17,608 nt of DNA from Promethearchaeota archaeon (GTDB lineage Archaea; Asgardarchaeota; Lokiarchaeia; Sigyniarchaeales; SOKP01), in contig JABXKD010000072.1 of the NCBI GenBank assembly GCA_013375475.1, forward strand, positions 1-17,608, written 5' to 3'. Positions 6,134-14,895 of this stretch are shown piece after piece (positions within the stretch are counted from its first letter, which is position 1; every line of letters begins with the position of its first letter). Both the position numbers and the translations under genes were made by a program. Below the pieces are notes generated by a model that was given only the letters and a program-made list of their open reading frames with translations, made no database searches and had not been told where the DNA came from.

Positions 6134-9100
6134 ATGAGTAAGCTAAATATTGATTTTTTAATCGATACTCCAGTAGAAAGATTGGTAGAAAATATAGATT
6201 CTTTTTTTAATGATTTACTTCAAGAAATTGAATCCTATCTCAATTTGGAGCCAATTGATTATAGAATTGATATATCCATTAACGATGAAGAAAAAGTTGA
6301 TTCAAAATTACAGGTAGATGTTTACTCTGTTGGAGTGGATAGATTTTATGATAATAATGTGCTCAATATTCACATTTACCGCAATTTCTATAGATTTGTT
6401 CCAATTATTTTGCTGAGGGAGGCATATAAATGTTTTATTCCAATTCAAGCCTCTCAAATGAAAATCATTGATGTGTTTATTAACCAGAAAGTTGTTATAG
6501 ATCTTGAAAAGTTACAATCAATTAAAGAATGGAATTTGCTCATAGGAGATAAACTAATCGATTATGAGTTCATATCAGGGGAGTATAATCGTCTAGAAAA
6601 TTTTTTAAAACGAGACAGTTCAGAAAATGTTGATAGCCCATTTATATTTTTCTTTAAGTATATACGGAGAAATATCCAAATTATTGGTGAAAAAGAAAAT
6701 GATTTCTATAATTATAATATACTCAAAGAATACGATTTATTAACATCAAAGTCTCTGTTTAATGATGAGATTATTGAAACTATAAGAGTCCTCGTTAAAA
6801 TATTCGACAAAGTTCAATATTATTTGGCATTATTGGATTATCAACGTCATTTTAAAGAATTCAAAGAACGGGGGTTCATTCAAACACATCTAAGTCTAAA
6901 CAAATTTACAGAAAATATGCAATGGATTAAACAATTTAGTACGCTATCTCCAAGTTATAAGGTAAATTGGCCAGCATTAAATGTTTCCTCAATTAATTGC
7001 TACATAAAATTCAATTCCGTTTTAAAAAGGTCAAAAGTAAACCAGGTTATTAATGAGTTACCTTTTTTTGTCCTTCTTAAGGAATGTAGATATAGTTTCG
7101 CTTATGAATTGGATGGTTTTTTCGTTATCCCAAATCAATATTTTGTTGATTTAAAGAAGTTCTTAAAAAAATTCGAGGATAATGGATATCTCCTTCAAAT
7201 TAAATTGACTCCTCTTGAAAAAACAGAATCTTTTGTCAATTTAAATTATTTTCGAGAATACTATCAAGAATATCCTAACAAAAAAACCATTGTTAATAGA
7301 GAGAATAAATTATATGAAGAAAAGTATGAATTAAATAATTCTTTGGATTATGGACACGAAATATACAAATCAAAATTAACGCTTCTCGATTGGTTATTAA
7401 TTGATAGAATTCGTTATATTTCCCACACCGGATTTAATTTTGAAAGAAGCGCTGGAACTCTTAAATTAATGAAGTCAGATCTTATTAACGAGGTTATTAG
7501 TCAAAGGAAATTTATCACTAACTTAAAATCTAATTTGTTAATAATTCATTCCTCATCAGAACTCAGAGATTCTTTTTTAGAATTCTTAAAAACAAACGAA
7601 TCGTTTGGATTTTTTTATATAAAAAATATGCTCTCTAAATATATACTTACATTTGATTTAATTAAAGAAATTCTAACAAGAAATCCTTCTATAAATAGTG
7701 TCTTCGAATTTCTTACATATATAAAAGAACAAGGTGTCTCAAATTCAATTGAGAATAACATTACTTTTAATACTCCGCCGATAAGAGGAATGATATTTAA
7801 AAAATTCCTCCCCTTATATTTTAAGTCAAAGGAGATTTTTAAAAAAGAAATAAATAAATTTAACAATTTCTTTAAAATCTTTAGCACTTGTTACGACTTG
7901 AAAATTTTTAACTTACAATCTATTCGAATGATTGTACAAAATAAATCTTTGCTAGACACAATTTTTAAATCAAAAGAAAAGAAATTAAAAAGCTCTTATG
8001 AAAACTTTGAATTATCCGATATAACATTTCAGTTGATTGAAGACAAGTTAGAAAACTTCTTGAATAACGATCCACCTATAATTAAACCTAATTTGCTTAT
8101 AAATATCCGACACTCTATGACGCAATATTTTGCCCTATTACTAAAAAATAATGCGGAAACTGTAGAAAATCTTAAAAAAGTGTCGTATATTGCCAAAAGA
8201 ATGGCGCTTACTCATAATAATCTATTGTATGCGGGTTTATTTCTTCCATATTTAAATAACGAAGAAAAGGGCATACTTGTTTCAATATTCAAAAATATTT
8301 TTAATGAAAATTTAATAAGCGTTAAAAGATATGAGTGGAGTGGTCTTCAGAGATCTTTTTCACGGAAAGATTTTTACGATTTGGAACAAAAAGAATTTTT
8401 TTACACTAAAGATATTTTTGAACAGTATTATTTGAATGTTAGAAGTATTCTTGGTGAAGTGCAAAAACCCCTCCCAGAAGCAAAAACTAAACAAAACAAT
8501 AAATTTTGGTTAAAAGAGAATAACTTATCTTATCTTATTAAATCTGTTGAGGATCGCATTAGAGGTGAACATGTAGATTTAAGCGTAAATGAATTACATA
8601 ATCTTTTTGAATTTAACAATAAGTTAAATGAATCCTTATTAAATCTTAATGAGTTTAAAAAATCCCAGGAGAAATTTTTCTTCAAAAATTTCATTAAATC
8701 AATCGATTTTATACCCTCGTTTCAAAATTTTGGAATGAGTCAGTATTTATTGTATTTTTATCCGACAGATATTAGTCAAATTGATTTTAAGCTATTATTG
8801 AACAACTCTTTTCAATCTATTAGTTATCCTGCTCAGATTGATAATTCTAATTCCTTTTTATGCCAATATATTTCTCCCTTTCGCAATCCTGGCATATCTT
8901 CGTATTTAAATTGGCTAACTAAGTCGAAGAAAATTATCAGAGAATACTGTTTGTTTTTCATCAAAAAATTCTATCAAATATTGCATTTCAATTACAACTT
9001 GGCTTCAGATGGGTGGGATCTTGACCCAAATCGGTTTAAGATATATTTTCAAAATATCTTGTTTAATCCCAATTACAAAGTCCAAATTCCTGATTTAAAG

Positions 9101-9766
9101 GAGTTTAACCTTGGTGATTTAAACATTTCAAAATATCTTGGACCTAACTCCTCTGAATTTAAAGCCTTATCTCATTTATATACCCAGAAATCGTTGGATA
9201 TAAAATCTTACTTAACAAAACGCTATTTTAAAATAATTAGTAGTATTACTGACCTGTTAAAAAAGGAGTTAATTTTACCGTATATATCTTTAAAGAATCT
9301 AGATTTAGTGGAAGAAATTACGATAATTTTACCAAATGTTAAAAAGGATTTAAACGAGGTAATTATTAAGGTTTTTAGCTTTTTTAATATCGGATTCATT
9401 TATGAAATGGAAGGAGAATACTACATTCATGGATTTGAGAAAGTGCTAAAATTCGAAAACGGTATTATGATTAAGTTATATTTTCCCGATTGTCAATTCG
9501 ACGAGTTCGAGAAACTTTTTGACCTGCTATTTGAATACATGGGAATCGATCATTATTTAATCTTAAACGATTTAGTTGAGGGGGAAAATTTAGTAAAGTC
9601 CTCACTTCAAGGGTTAAAGTCCCTAGATTCTTACAATCCGTTAACCAACCTAATTTGGAACGATAAAGATAAGAGATGGCGGAACCATAAACTTTTTGAC
9701 GAAAATTTTAAGCCGGTTTATCCCGATTTGTTCTATGGGAAAAAAAAATACGATTTAGATTTATAA
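6134..9766 (+). CDS. 1210-aa soluble uncharacterised protein, probably tandem Lrp/AsnC-like (wHTH-RAM) units with a degenerate zincin-like N-terminal domain
   Basis: Long uninterrupted ORF with no TM segment. Lrp-like linker/beta-strand motifs recur at aa ~273, ~650, ~860 and ~1048. ILLREAYKCF lies in a HExxH-like context. The CDS is very well supported; the domain call is by eye. Confidence 0.6.
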   Translation: MSKLNIDFLIDTPVERLVENIDSFFNDLLQEIESYLNLEPIDYRIDISINDEEKVDSKLQVDVYSVGVDRFYDNNVLNIHIYRNFYRFVPIILLREAYKCFIPIQASQMKIIDVFINQKVVIDLEKLQSIKEWNLLIGDKLIDYEFISGEYNRLENFLKRDSSENVDSPFIFFFKYIRRNIQIIGEKENDFYNYNILKEYDLLTSKSLFNDEIIETIRVLVKIFDKVQYYLALLDYQRHFKEFKERGFIQTHLSLNKFTENMQWIKQFSTLSPSYKVNWPALNVSSINCYIKFNSVLKRSKVNQVINELPFFVLLKECRYSFAYELDGFFVIPNQYFVDLKKFLKKFEDNGYLLQIKLTPLEKTESFVNLNYFREYYQEYPNKKTIVNRENKLYEEKYELNNSLDYGHEIYKSKLTLLDWLLIDRIRYISHTGFNFERSAGTLKLMKSDLINEVISQRKFITNLKSNLLIIHSSSELRDSFLEFLKTNESFGFFYIKNMLSKYILTFDLIKEILTRNPSINSVFEFLTYIKEQGVSNSIENNITFNTPPIRGMIFKKFLPLYFKSKEIFKKEINKFNNFFKIFSTCYDLKIFNLQSIRMIVQNKSLLDTIFKSKEKKLKSSYENFELSDITFQLIEDKLENFLNNDPPIIKPNLLINIRHSMTQYFALLLKNNAETVENLKKVSYIAKRMALTHNNLLYAGLFLPYLNNEEKGILVSIFKNIFNENLISVKRYEWSGLQRSFSRKDFYDLEQKEFFYTKDIFEQYYLNVRSILGEVQKPLPEAKTKQNNKFWLKENNLSYLIKSVEDRIRGEHVDLSVNELHNLFEFNNKLNESLLNLNEFKKSQEKFFFKNFIKSIDFIPSFQNFGMSQYLLYFYPTDISQIDFKLLLNNSFQSISYPAQIDNSNSFLCQYISPFRNPGISSYLNWLTKSKKIIREYCLFFIKKFYQILHFNYNLASDGWDLDPNRFKIYFQNILFNPNYKVQIPDLKEFNLGDLNISKYLGPNSSEFKALSHLYTQKSLDIKSYLTKRYFKIISSITDLLKKELILPYISLKNLDLVEEITIILPNVKKDLNEVIIKVFSFFNIGFIYEMEGEYYIHGFEKVLKFENGIMIKLYFPDCQFDEFEKLFDLLFEYMGIDHYLILNDLVEGENLVKSSLQGLKSLDSYNPLTNLIWNDKDKRWRNHKLFDENFKPVYPDLFYGKKKYDLDL

Positions 9767-9887
9767 TATTCTTTGTTAATATTTGGTTTTGTTAGTAAGT
9801 ATTGAGACAAACTTGTAAAGGAATAAACCAATCTAAATTTTCAAAAATAATAAATCGGTTGATATTTTTTCCTACATGAATACATAA

Positions 9888-11345
9888 ATGGCATTCAAAG
9901 ATCTCAATTTTGAAAAGTTCGACACCTTGTTCCATCCAACCAATATTGCTTTTATCGGAGCAAGTGAGAAATCTGCTTTTGGAGCAATGTTGTATTTATC
10001 AGCGTTTAAAACATCAAAATGGAAAGACACGTTTTATCCCGTAAATCCAAAATACGGCAAAATCCTCGATTGGAATTGCTACAAGTCAGTCTTAGATGTC
10101 CCAGTTATTATAGATACTGCGTATATTTCTGTTAAAACAAAATACATCCCCCAAGTTTTAAAGGATTGCGTAAAAAAGGATATTCCTTGGGTAATTATAT
10201 TCTCATCTGGGTTTTCTGAAACGGGAGATCTCGAGGGATTAAAATTAGAAAATGAATTAAAACAAATTATAATAAAATCCAATACGAGGATTATTGGTCC
10301 GAATTGCTTAGGACCATTTAGTCAAGCTGAGGGTATGGCATTTACATTCAGCGCCAAAAGGAATGACCCTGGACAAGTCTCGTTCATGTCTCAATCTGGA
10401 GGGCATATGAGTCAGTTATTAGATGTAGGGTATAAAAGGGATATAAGGTTTAGGTATGGAGTATCATTTGGTAATCAAATAGATTTGAATTGTATTGATT
10501 TTCTGAAGTATTATCACAATGATTCCGCAACTCGTGTAATCGCAGCTTACTTAGAGTCATTTGGGTCCGCTACGGGTCACAATTTCTTCTTAGAGCTTAA
10601 AAAAACTACAAAAACCAAACCAGTTATTATTTGGAAAGGAGGTTATACTGATGATGGCTCGAAAGCAGCGTTTTCCCATACTGGCGCCATAGCGAGTGAT
10701 TTAAGGCTATGGCACTCAATGGCTAAGCAAACTGGTGCAACAATAGTTAAAGATAACGAAGAATTTTGGAATGCTATGAAGACCTTTGAATTATTATTCC
10801 CAAAATATGTCCCTCAGGGTAGAAATATAGGAATAATAACGCCTGGAGGAGGTTCCAGCGTAAATACTACAGATTTGTTTAATTTTCACGACTTAAAAAT
10901 CCCGGAATTAACCATAGAATCCCAAAAGAAGCTCAGTGAAATATTGCCATATGAAAACGTAAATATGAAGAATCCCGTGGATTTAGGCGCCCTTGGTTTT
11001 GTTGTAGATGTATTTGTAAATTGTATTGAAATTGTAGTAAACGATCCAAACATTGATATTGTAGTAATTCCGTTATGGCCTCATTTTATCTATAATCACG
11101 TTTTCAAAAAGATGATTATTATCCAGAAATCAACAATGAAACCCTTTGTGTTTTGTTTACCTAGCATTGCTGACTCGTCGGAACTTGCTCAACGATTTTC
11201 AACTGTTAAAAAAATCCTTCACGAAGAGCGGGTGCTCTACTTTTTATCCTTAAGAGACGCTGCAAAAAGTTTATCACTTTATTGTGCTTATATTGAATTC
11301 TTAAAATCACACGATGATGAAAACTTATATGAACGAGGAGAATAG
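9888..11345 (+). CDS. acdA: ADP-forming acetate/acyl-CoA ligase alpha subunit (CoA-binding plus ligase domains)
   Basis: LFHPTNIAFIGAS, YPVNPK, IIFSSGFSETG, RIIGPNCLG, SQSGG, VSFGNQIDL, phospho-His motif SHTGAIA, NPVDLG. Confidence 0.9.
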   Translation: MAFKDLNFEKFDTLFHPTNIAFIGASEKSAFGAMLYLSAFKTSKWKDTFYPVNPKYGKILDWNCYKSVLDVPVIIDTAYISVKTKYIPQVLKDCVKKDIPWVIIFSSGFSETGDLEGLKLENELKQIIIKSNTRIIGPNCLGPFSQAEGMAFTFSAKRNDPGQVSFMSQSGGHMSQLLDVGYKRDIRFRYGVSFGNQIDLNCIDFLKYYHNDSATRVIAAYLESFGSATGHNFFLELKKTTKTKPVIIWKGGYTDDGSKAAFSHTGAIASDLRLWHSMAKQTGATIVKDNEEFWNAMKTFELLFPKYVPQGRNIGIITPGGGSSVNTTDLFNFHDLKIPELTIESQKKLSEILPYENVNMKNPVDLGALGFVVDVFVNCIEIVVNDPNIDIVVIPLWPHFIYNHVFKKMIIIQKSTMKPFVFCLPSIADSSELAQRFSTVKKILHEERVLYFLSLRDAAKSLSLYCAYIEFLKSHDDENLYERGE

Positions 11346-11347
11346 AA

Positions 11348-11629
11348 TTACTTTTTTTTCATCATTCCTCTTAAGTAGAGTTTCATAAAATATCTTTCAA
11401 TAATACAATAATCTAACTTTTGGTCGTTGGTTAATTCTTTATTGTTAGATAAAAAAAAGTGAATGTTAATGATTTTACCATAAAACTTAGTTAGTTTTTT
11501 GTCAAAATTTATGTTTGTAAAGCTGTTAATATCTAACTTTTCAAAAACTGACTCACGCGGGAGATCATAGACTTCCGATCCTTCTAAAATTTCCATATTA
11601 TAGTTAATATCCGCTTTTCCTGAACTCAA
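11348..11629 (-). CDS. Hypothetical 93-aa protein or gene remnant
   Basis: TTG-start ORF (internal ATG at codon 12) ending 2 nt from the acdA stop. No recognisable motif. Confidence 0.3.
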   Translation of the reverse strand: MSSGKADINYNMEILEGSEVYDLPRESVFEKLDINSFTNINFDKKLTKFYGKIINIHFFLSNNKELTNDQKLDYCIIERYFMKLYLRGMMKKK

Positions 11630-11932
11630 TTTCTTACACTTAGAATTTTAAATTTATACAATTAAACCCCTTTGTTTTTGAAACTGAAGTGCGTGTCTAA
11701 TTTTGTCGGTAACCTGCTATAATACCTACTAAATTGTCTATTTTTGAGTGTAGTTAGGGCTATAATCTCAATTTTGCATATACTATTGTTTTTCTACTAT
11801 TAAACTAAGAGCTAACGATATATTAATGGATTAATAACACATAACTAAAATCTAAAATAAAAACGAAAGTAATGTTAAAGTAAATTGGATTAAATAACTT
11901 TTAAATATATCTATAAAAATCGTGGATATCAT

Positions 11933-12961
11933 ATGGGATTTATAGCTGGACTTAAAGGCGTATTTAAAAAACCGTTATACATTTTTATTATAAGCGCGTT
12001 CACCTTAACTTGGATTCTGATTATTGCTAATCAAATTTTATTCAGTGTGTTGCTTGGATTATCGATTTTTATATTTGGTGGAAGCTTGTTATTTTTTGTC
12101 CTAGTTTTATTTCTCGTTTCATTTTTTAAGCAAATTAATGAATTGAAAGGGTGGTTTTTCGTAATTATTTACGTGGTTTCGATAGTTTTAACCTTTATTT
12201 TATACCAAACAATATTTTTCCCGACTTCAGAATTATTTTTCATTATTCCTCTAACCGTTAATCAGTTCTTTATGGCATTTTTCGCATTTAAAATCTGTAT
12301 GGATTCCTCCACAAAGATAGACGATTATCTGTATAAGAAAGAGAAATCTCGAATAATAACTCGAATAATTGAATTTTGCGTTTTTGGATTTTTGAATTGG
12401 TGGATAATTCGAATAGTAGTTATTTTCTTCAGCTACACACCAACAGTATTGTTTTTAGTTGTTATAAGAATTCTCCAAATAATGTTTTGGGTAAATATAA
12501 GCCTGTTAGGAATCGCTTTTATTCGGTTAATTATAACAAAGAAGTTTTCAGCGTATTTAACACTATTTTTCTTACTTACACTCTTTTACGCTTTATACAT
12601 CCTTTTTGATTATTTATACGGAGTATTTTTTAGCACTGGATCAGGAGACCCAATTTATGTCATTACATCATTTATTATCGATATTATTTTATTTTTATAT
12701 ATCTTGGGTACTGTTTATGATAGAGTTGATTACATTCAAGCTAAGTTAAAAGTCCTTAAGGTAGATACAATAGCATTATTTCTTATAATAATGAAAATTT
12801 ATGTCCAAGTTTCAAAAATTGCTCCTAAAATTGTGCCCGTTGAGATGCAGATACTACAAGCTGGAGGACTATTTGCTATCTTTGTTTTCTTCAATCTACT
12901 CTTTGGAATACACTCGATTATAACTCATAAATATAAAAAGAAAAAAGATTCAGAAAGTTAA
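11933..12961 (+). CDS. Polytopic membrane protein of unknown function (about 10 TM)
   Basis: Repeated long hydrophobic segments, short charged loops, Lys-rich C-tail. TATA-like TTTAAATA about 30 nt upstream. Confidence 0.8.
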   Translation: MGFIAGLKGVFKKPLYIFIISAFTLTWILIIANQILFSVLLGLSIFIFGGSLLFFVLVLFLVSFFKQINELKGWFFVIIYVVSIVLTFILYQTIFFPTSELFFIIPLTVNQFFMAFFAFKICMDSSTKIDDYLYKKEKSRIITRIIEFCVFGFLNWWIIRIVVIFFSYTPTVLFLVVIRILQIMFWVNISLLGIAFIRLIITKKFSAYLTLFFLLTLFYALYILFDYLYGVFFSTGSGDPIYVITSFIIDIILFLYILGTVYDRVDYIQAKLKVLKVDTIALFLIIMKIYVQVSKIAPKIVPVEMQILQAGGLFAIFVFFNLLFGIHSIITHKYKKKKDSES

Positions 12962-12965
12962 TTAC

Positions 12966-13460
12966 TTAATACATTTCTGCCTTCGAAAACAATAGAGCGA
13001 AACAACCATAAAATATACCGTTTACGATCCCACTTAATATGAATCCTATGACTACTAAAATAGGAGCTAACTGAATGAATCCTAAAACAGCCATGGCTGC
13101 AGAACTGATTAAAGCAGCAATCATCCAACCCCCAAAACTACCCCCTTTACTGTCTCCTGTCCGCCCCGCTACTAATGACGCGACAAATGGAGAAACTAGG
13201 TATCCAATGCTCAAAATTAACGAAGCATCAAAAACCCCTGAGGAAATACTAAAAAATATACTGTTTACGACAGTTCCAGGCATAATAGTAATAGGTTCGA
13301 AAAATATCACAATAATGAATAATGGATCGCTACTTATAATACTAAAAAGAATGTTCAAAGTACCATTAATAGTTCCCGCTATAATAACGAACAGAAAATT
13401 TAAACCAATGAAAGCTAGTAAACTGAAACCTAGCGCTTTACCTAACCCCACTTTAATCAA
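12966..13460 (-). CDS. Gly/Ala-rich membrane protein of unknown function (4-5 TM)
   Basis: TTG start, hydrophobic helices with small-residue motifs (ASLVAGRTGDSKGGSFGGW, GIVNGIFYG), tightly convergent with the upstream-listed gene. Confidence 0.75.
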   Translation of the reverse strand: MIKVGLGKALGFSLLAFIGLNFLFVIIAGTINGTLNILFSIISSDPLFIIVIFFEPITIMPGTVVNSIFFSISSGVFDASLILSIGYLVSPFVASLVAGRTGDSKGGSFGGWMIAALISSAAMAVLGFIQLAPILVVIGFILSGIVNGIFYGCFALLFSKAEMY

Positions 13461-13673
13461 CTATTTTTTACAATTGTATTTTCAATTTAAAAAGACTATG
13501 TATAAAATAGATTGTAAAAGTTATTTAAATTTATTTAAGTCCAATTTTTAATGTCGAATTATACTAATTTTACAAAAAATAATTGAAAAAGCCTTGAATT
13601 GGCAAATTTCATAAATTTTTTGTAGTTTCTCCTAAATTTAAATAATTAATATTTCTAATTATAAGTTAAGGCT

Positions 13674-14711
13674 ATGAGAGAGAATCAGAAAAAATTTCTT
13701 GTTGGTAAATTAAAGCATAAATTTCTCAATAAAATGTTGGAAAATTTTGTATCCTCTACGCATTTAAAAGATAGTAGAGTCGTGGTTGGCTCACAAATAG
13801 GGGAAGACGCTGCTGTAATAGATATGGGTGATAAATATTTAGTCGCTAAAACCGATCCAATAACATTTGTAACTGATGAAATTGGATACTATGCTGTAAA
13901 TGTTAATGTTAACGATGTTGTATGTACAGGAGCCACTCCAAAATGGTTTCAATCAACAATAATATTACCTGCTGGACAAACTGATGAAGATTTAATTGAA
14001 AGTATTTTTAAAAACATCCATGATACGTGTAAATCTTTAGGAATAACCATTGTTGGTGGTCACACAGAAATCACAACGGGCCTTAATAGACCAATAGTAG
14101 TTGGGTCTCTTCTTGGCGAAGTGGAGAAAGAAAAACTAGTATTATCGTCAGGAGCAAATGCAAACGATTCAATTGTCCTAACTAAAGGAATTTTCATCGA
14201 AGGCACAGCTATAATTGCACGAGAAAAAGAAGAATTCTTAAAAGTAAAAGGATTTGATAATCAATTTATCGAAAAATGTAAAAATTATCTATACAAACCA
14301 GGAATTAGCATCTACAATGAAGCATTAATATCCAACGATAATTTCCATCTGACTTCTATGCATGACTTGACAGAAGGGGGTCTATTTAATGGTCTTGCTG
14401 AAATAGCAATCGCATCTGATTTAGGGTTATTAATTAAAAAAGATCAAATAAATGTTTTACCAGAACCATCAGAATTAAGTAAAATTTTCAAATTAAATCC
14501 TTATAGTACTATTTCTTCCGGTTCTCTTTTGATTTCAATCAATAACGAATACTCTGAAGATTTAATTAATTTATTAAGAAAAAATGGGATTGACTCAAAG
14601 GTTATTGGAAATTTTACTTCAGATTCAGGTCGATATTTAATCCTAGATGAAGACAATAAGAAAACGAAAATGAAATATACTGAAATAGACGAAATTACTA
14701 AAATTCTGTAA
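13674..14711 (+). CDS. AIR synthase-related (PurM/HypE-like) ATP-binding protein lacking the HypE C-terminal Cys
   Basis: GKL N-terminus, IGEDAAVID, KTDPIT, NVNDVVCTGATP, IVGGHTE, MHDLTEGGL, ISSGSLLI. Ends in DEITKIL rather than PRIC. Confidence 0.88.
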   Translation: MRENQKKFLVGKLKHKFLNKMLENFVSSTHLKDSRVVVGSQIGEDAAVIDMGDKYLVAKTDPITFVTDEIGYYAVNVNVNDVVCTGATPKWFQSTIILPAGQTDEDLIESIFKNIHDTCKSLGITIVGGHTEITTGLNRPIVVGSLLGEVEKEKLVLSSGANANDSIVLTKGIFIEGTAIIAREKEEFLKVKGFDNQFIEKCKNYLYKPGISIYNEALISNDNFHLTSMHDLTEGGLFNGLAEIAIASDLGLLIKKDQINVLPEPSELSKIFKLNPYSTISSGSLLISINNEYSEDLINLLRKNGIDSKVIGNFTSDSGRYLILDEDNKKTKMKYTEIDEITKIL

Positions 14712-14759
14712 CTACTAATTTAACGGACATAATTTCTGCATTTTTACGATAAAAGTTGG

Positions 14760-14790
14760 GTTTTTTTTATTTTACTAAGATTTTTATTTT
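14760..14790 (+). terminator. Oligo-T terminator candidate
   Basis: Several T runs about 50 nt downstream of the stop at 14711. Confidence 0.35.
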
Positions 14791-14895
14791 TGAAATTTCA
14801 CTTCTAATATATACCGGTATTTTATATTTTTATAATTAAGGGTTGTCTTTACTAATAACATACGAATTATTTATAAAATTAATTTTTGATTTATT

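Noticed and set aside
6116-11820. CTAACGATA repeated in two spacers (6116, 11812)
   Set aside because: A 9-mer match in AT-rich DNA, at different distances from the start codons; compatible with chance.
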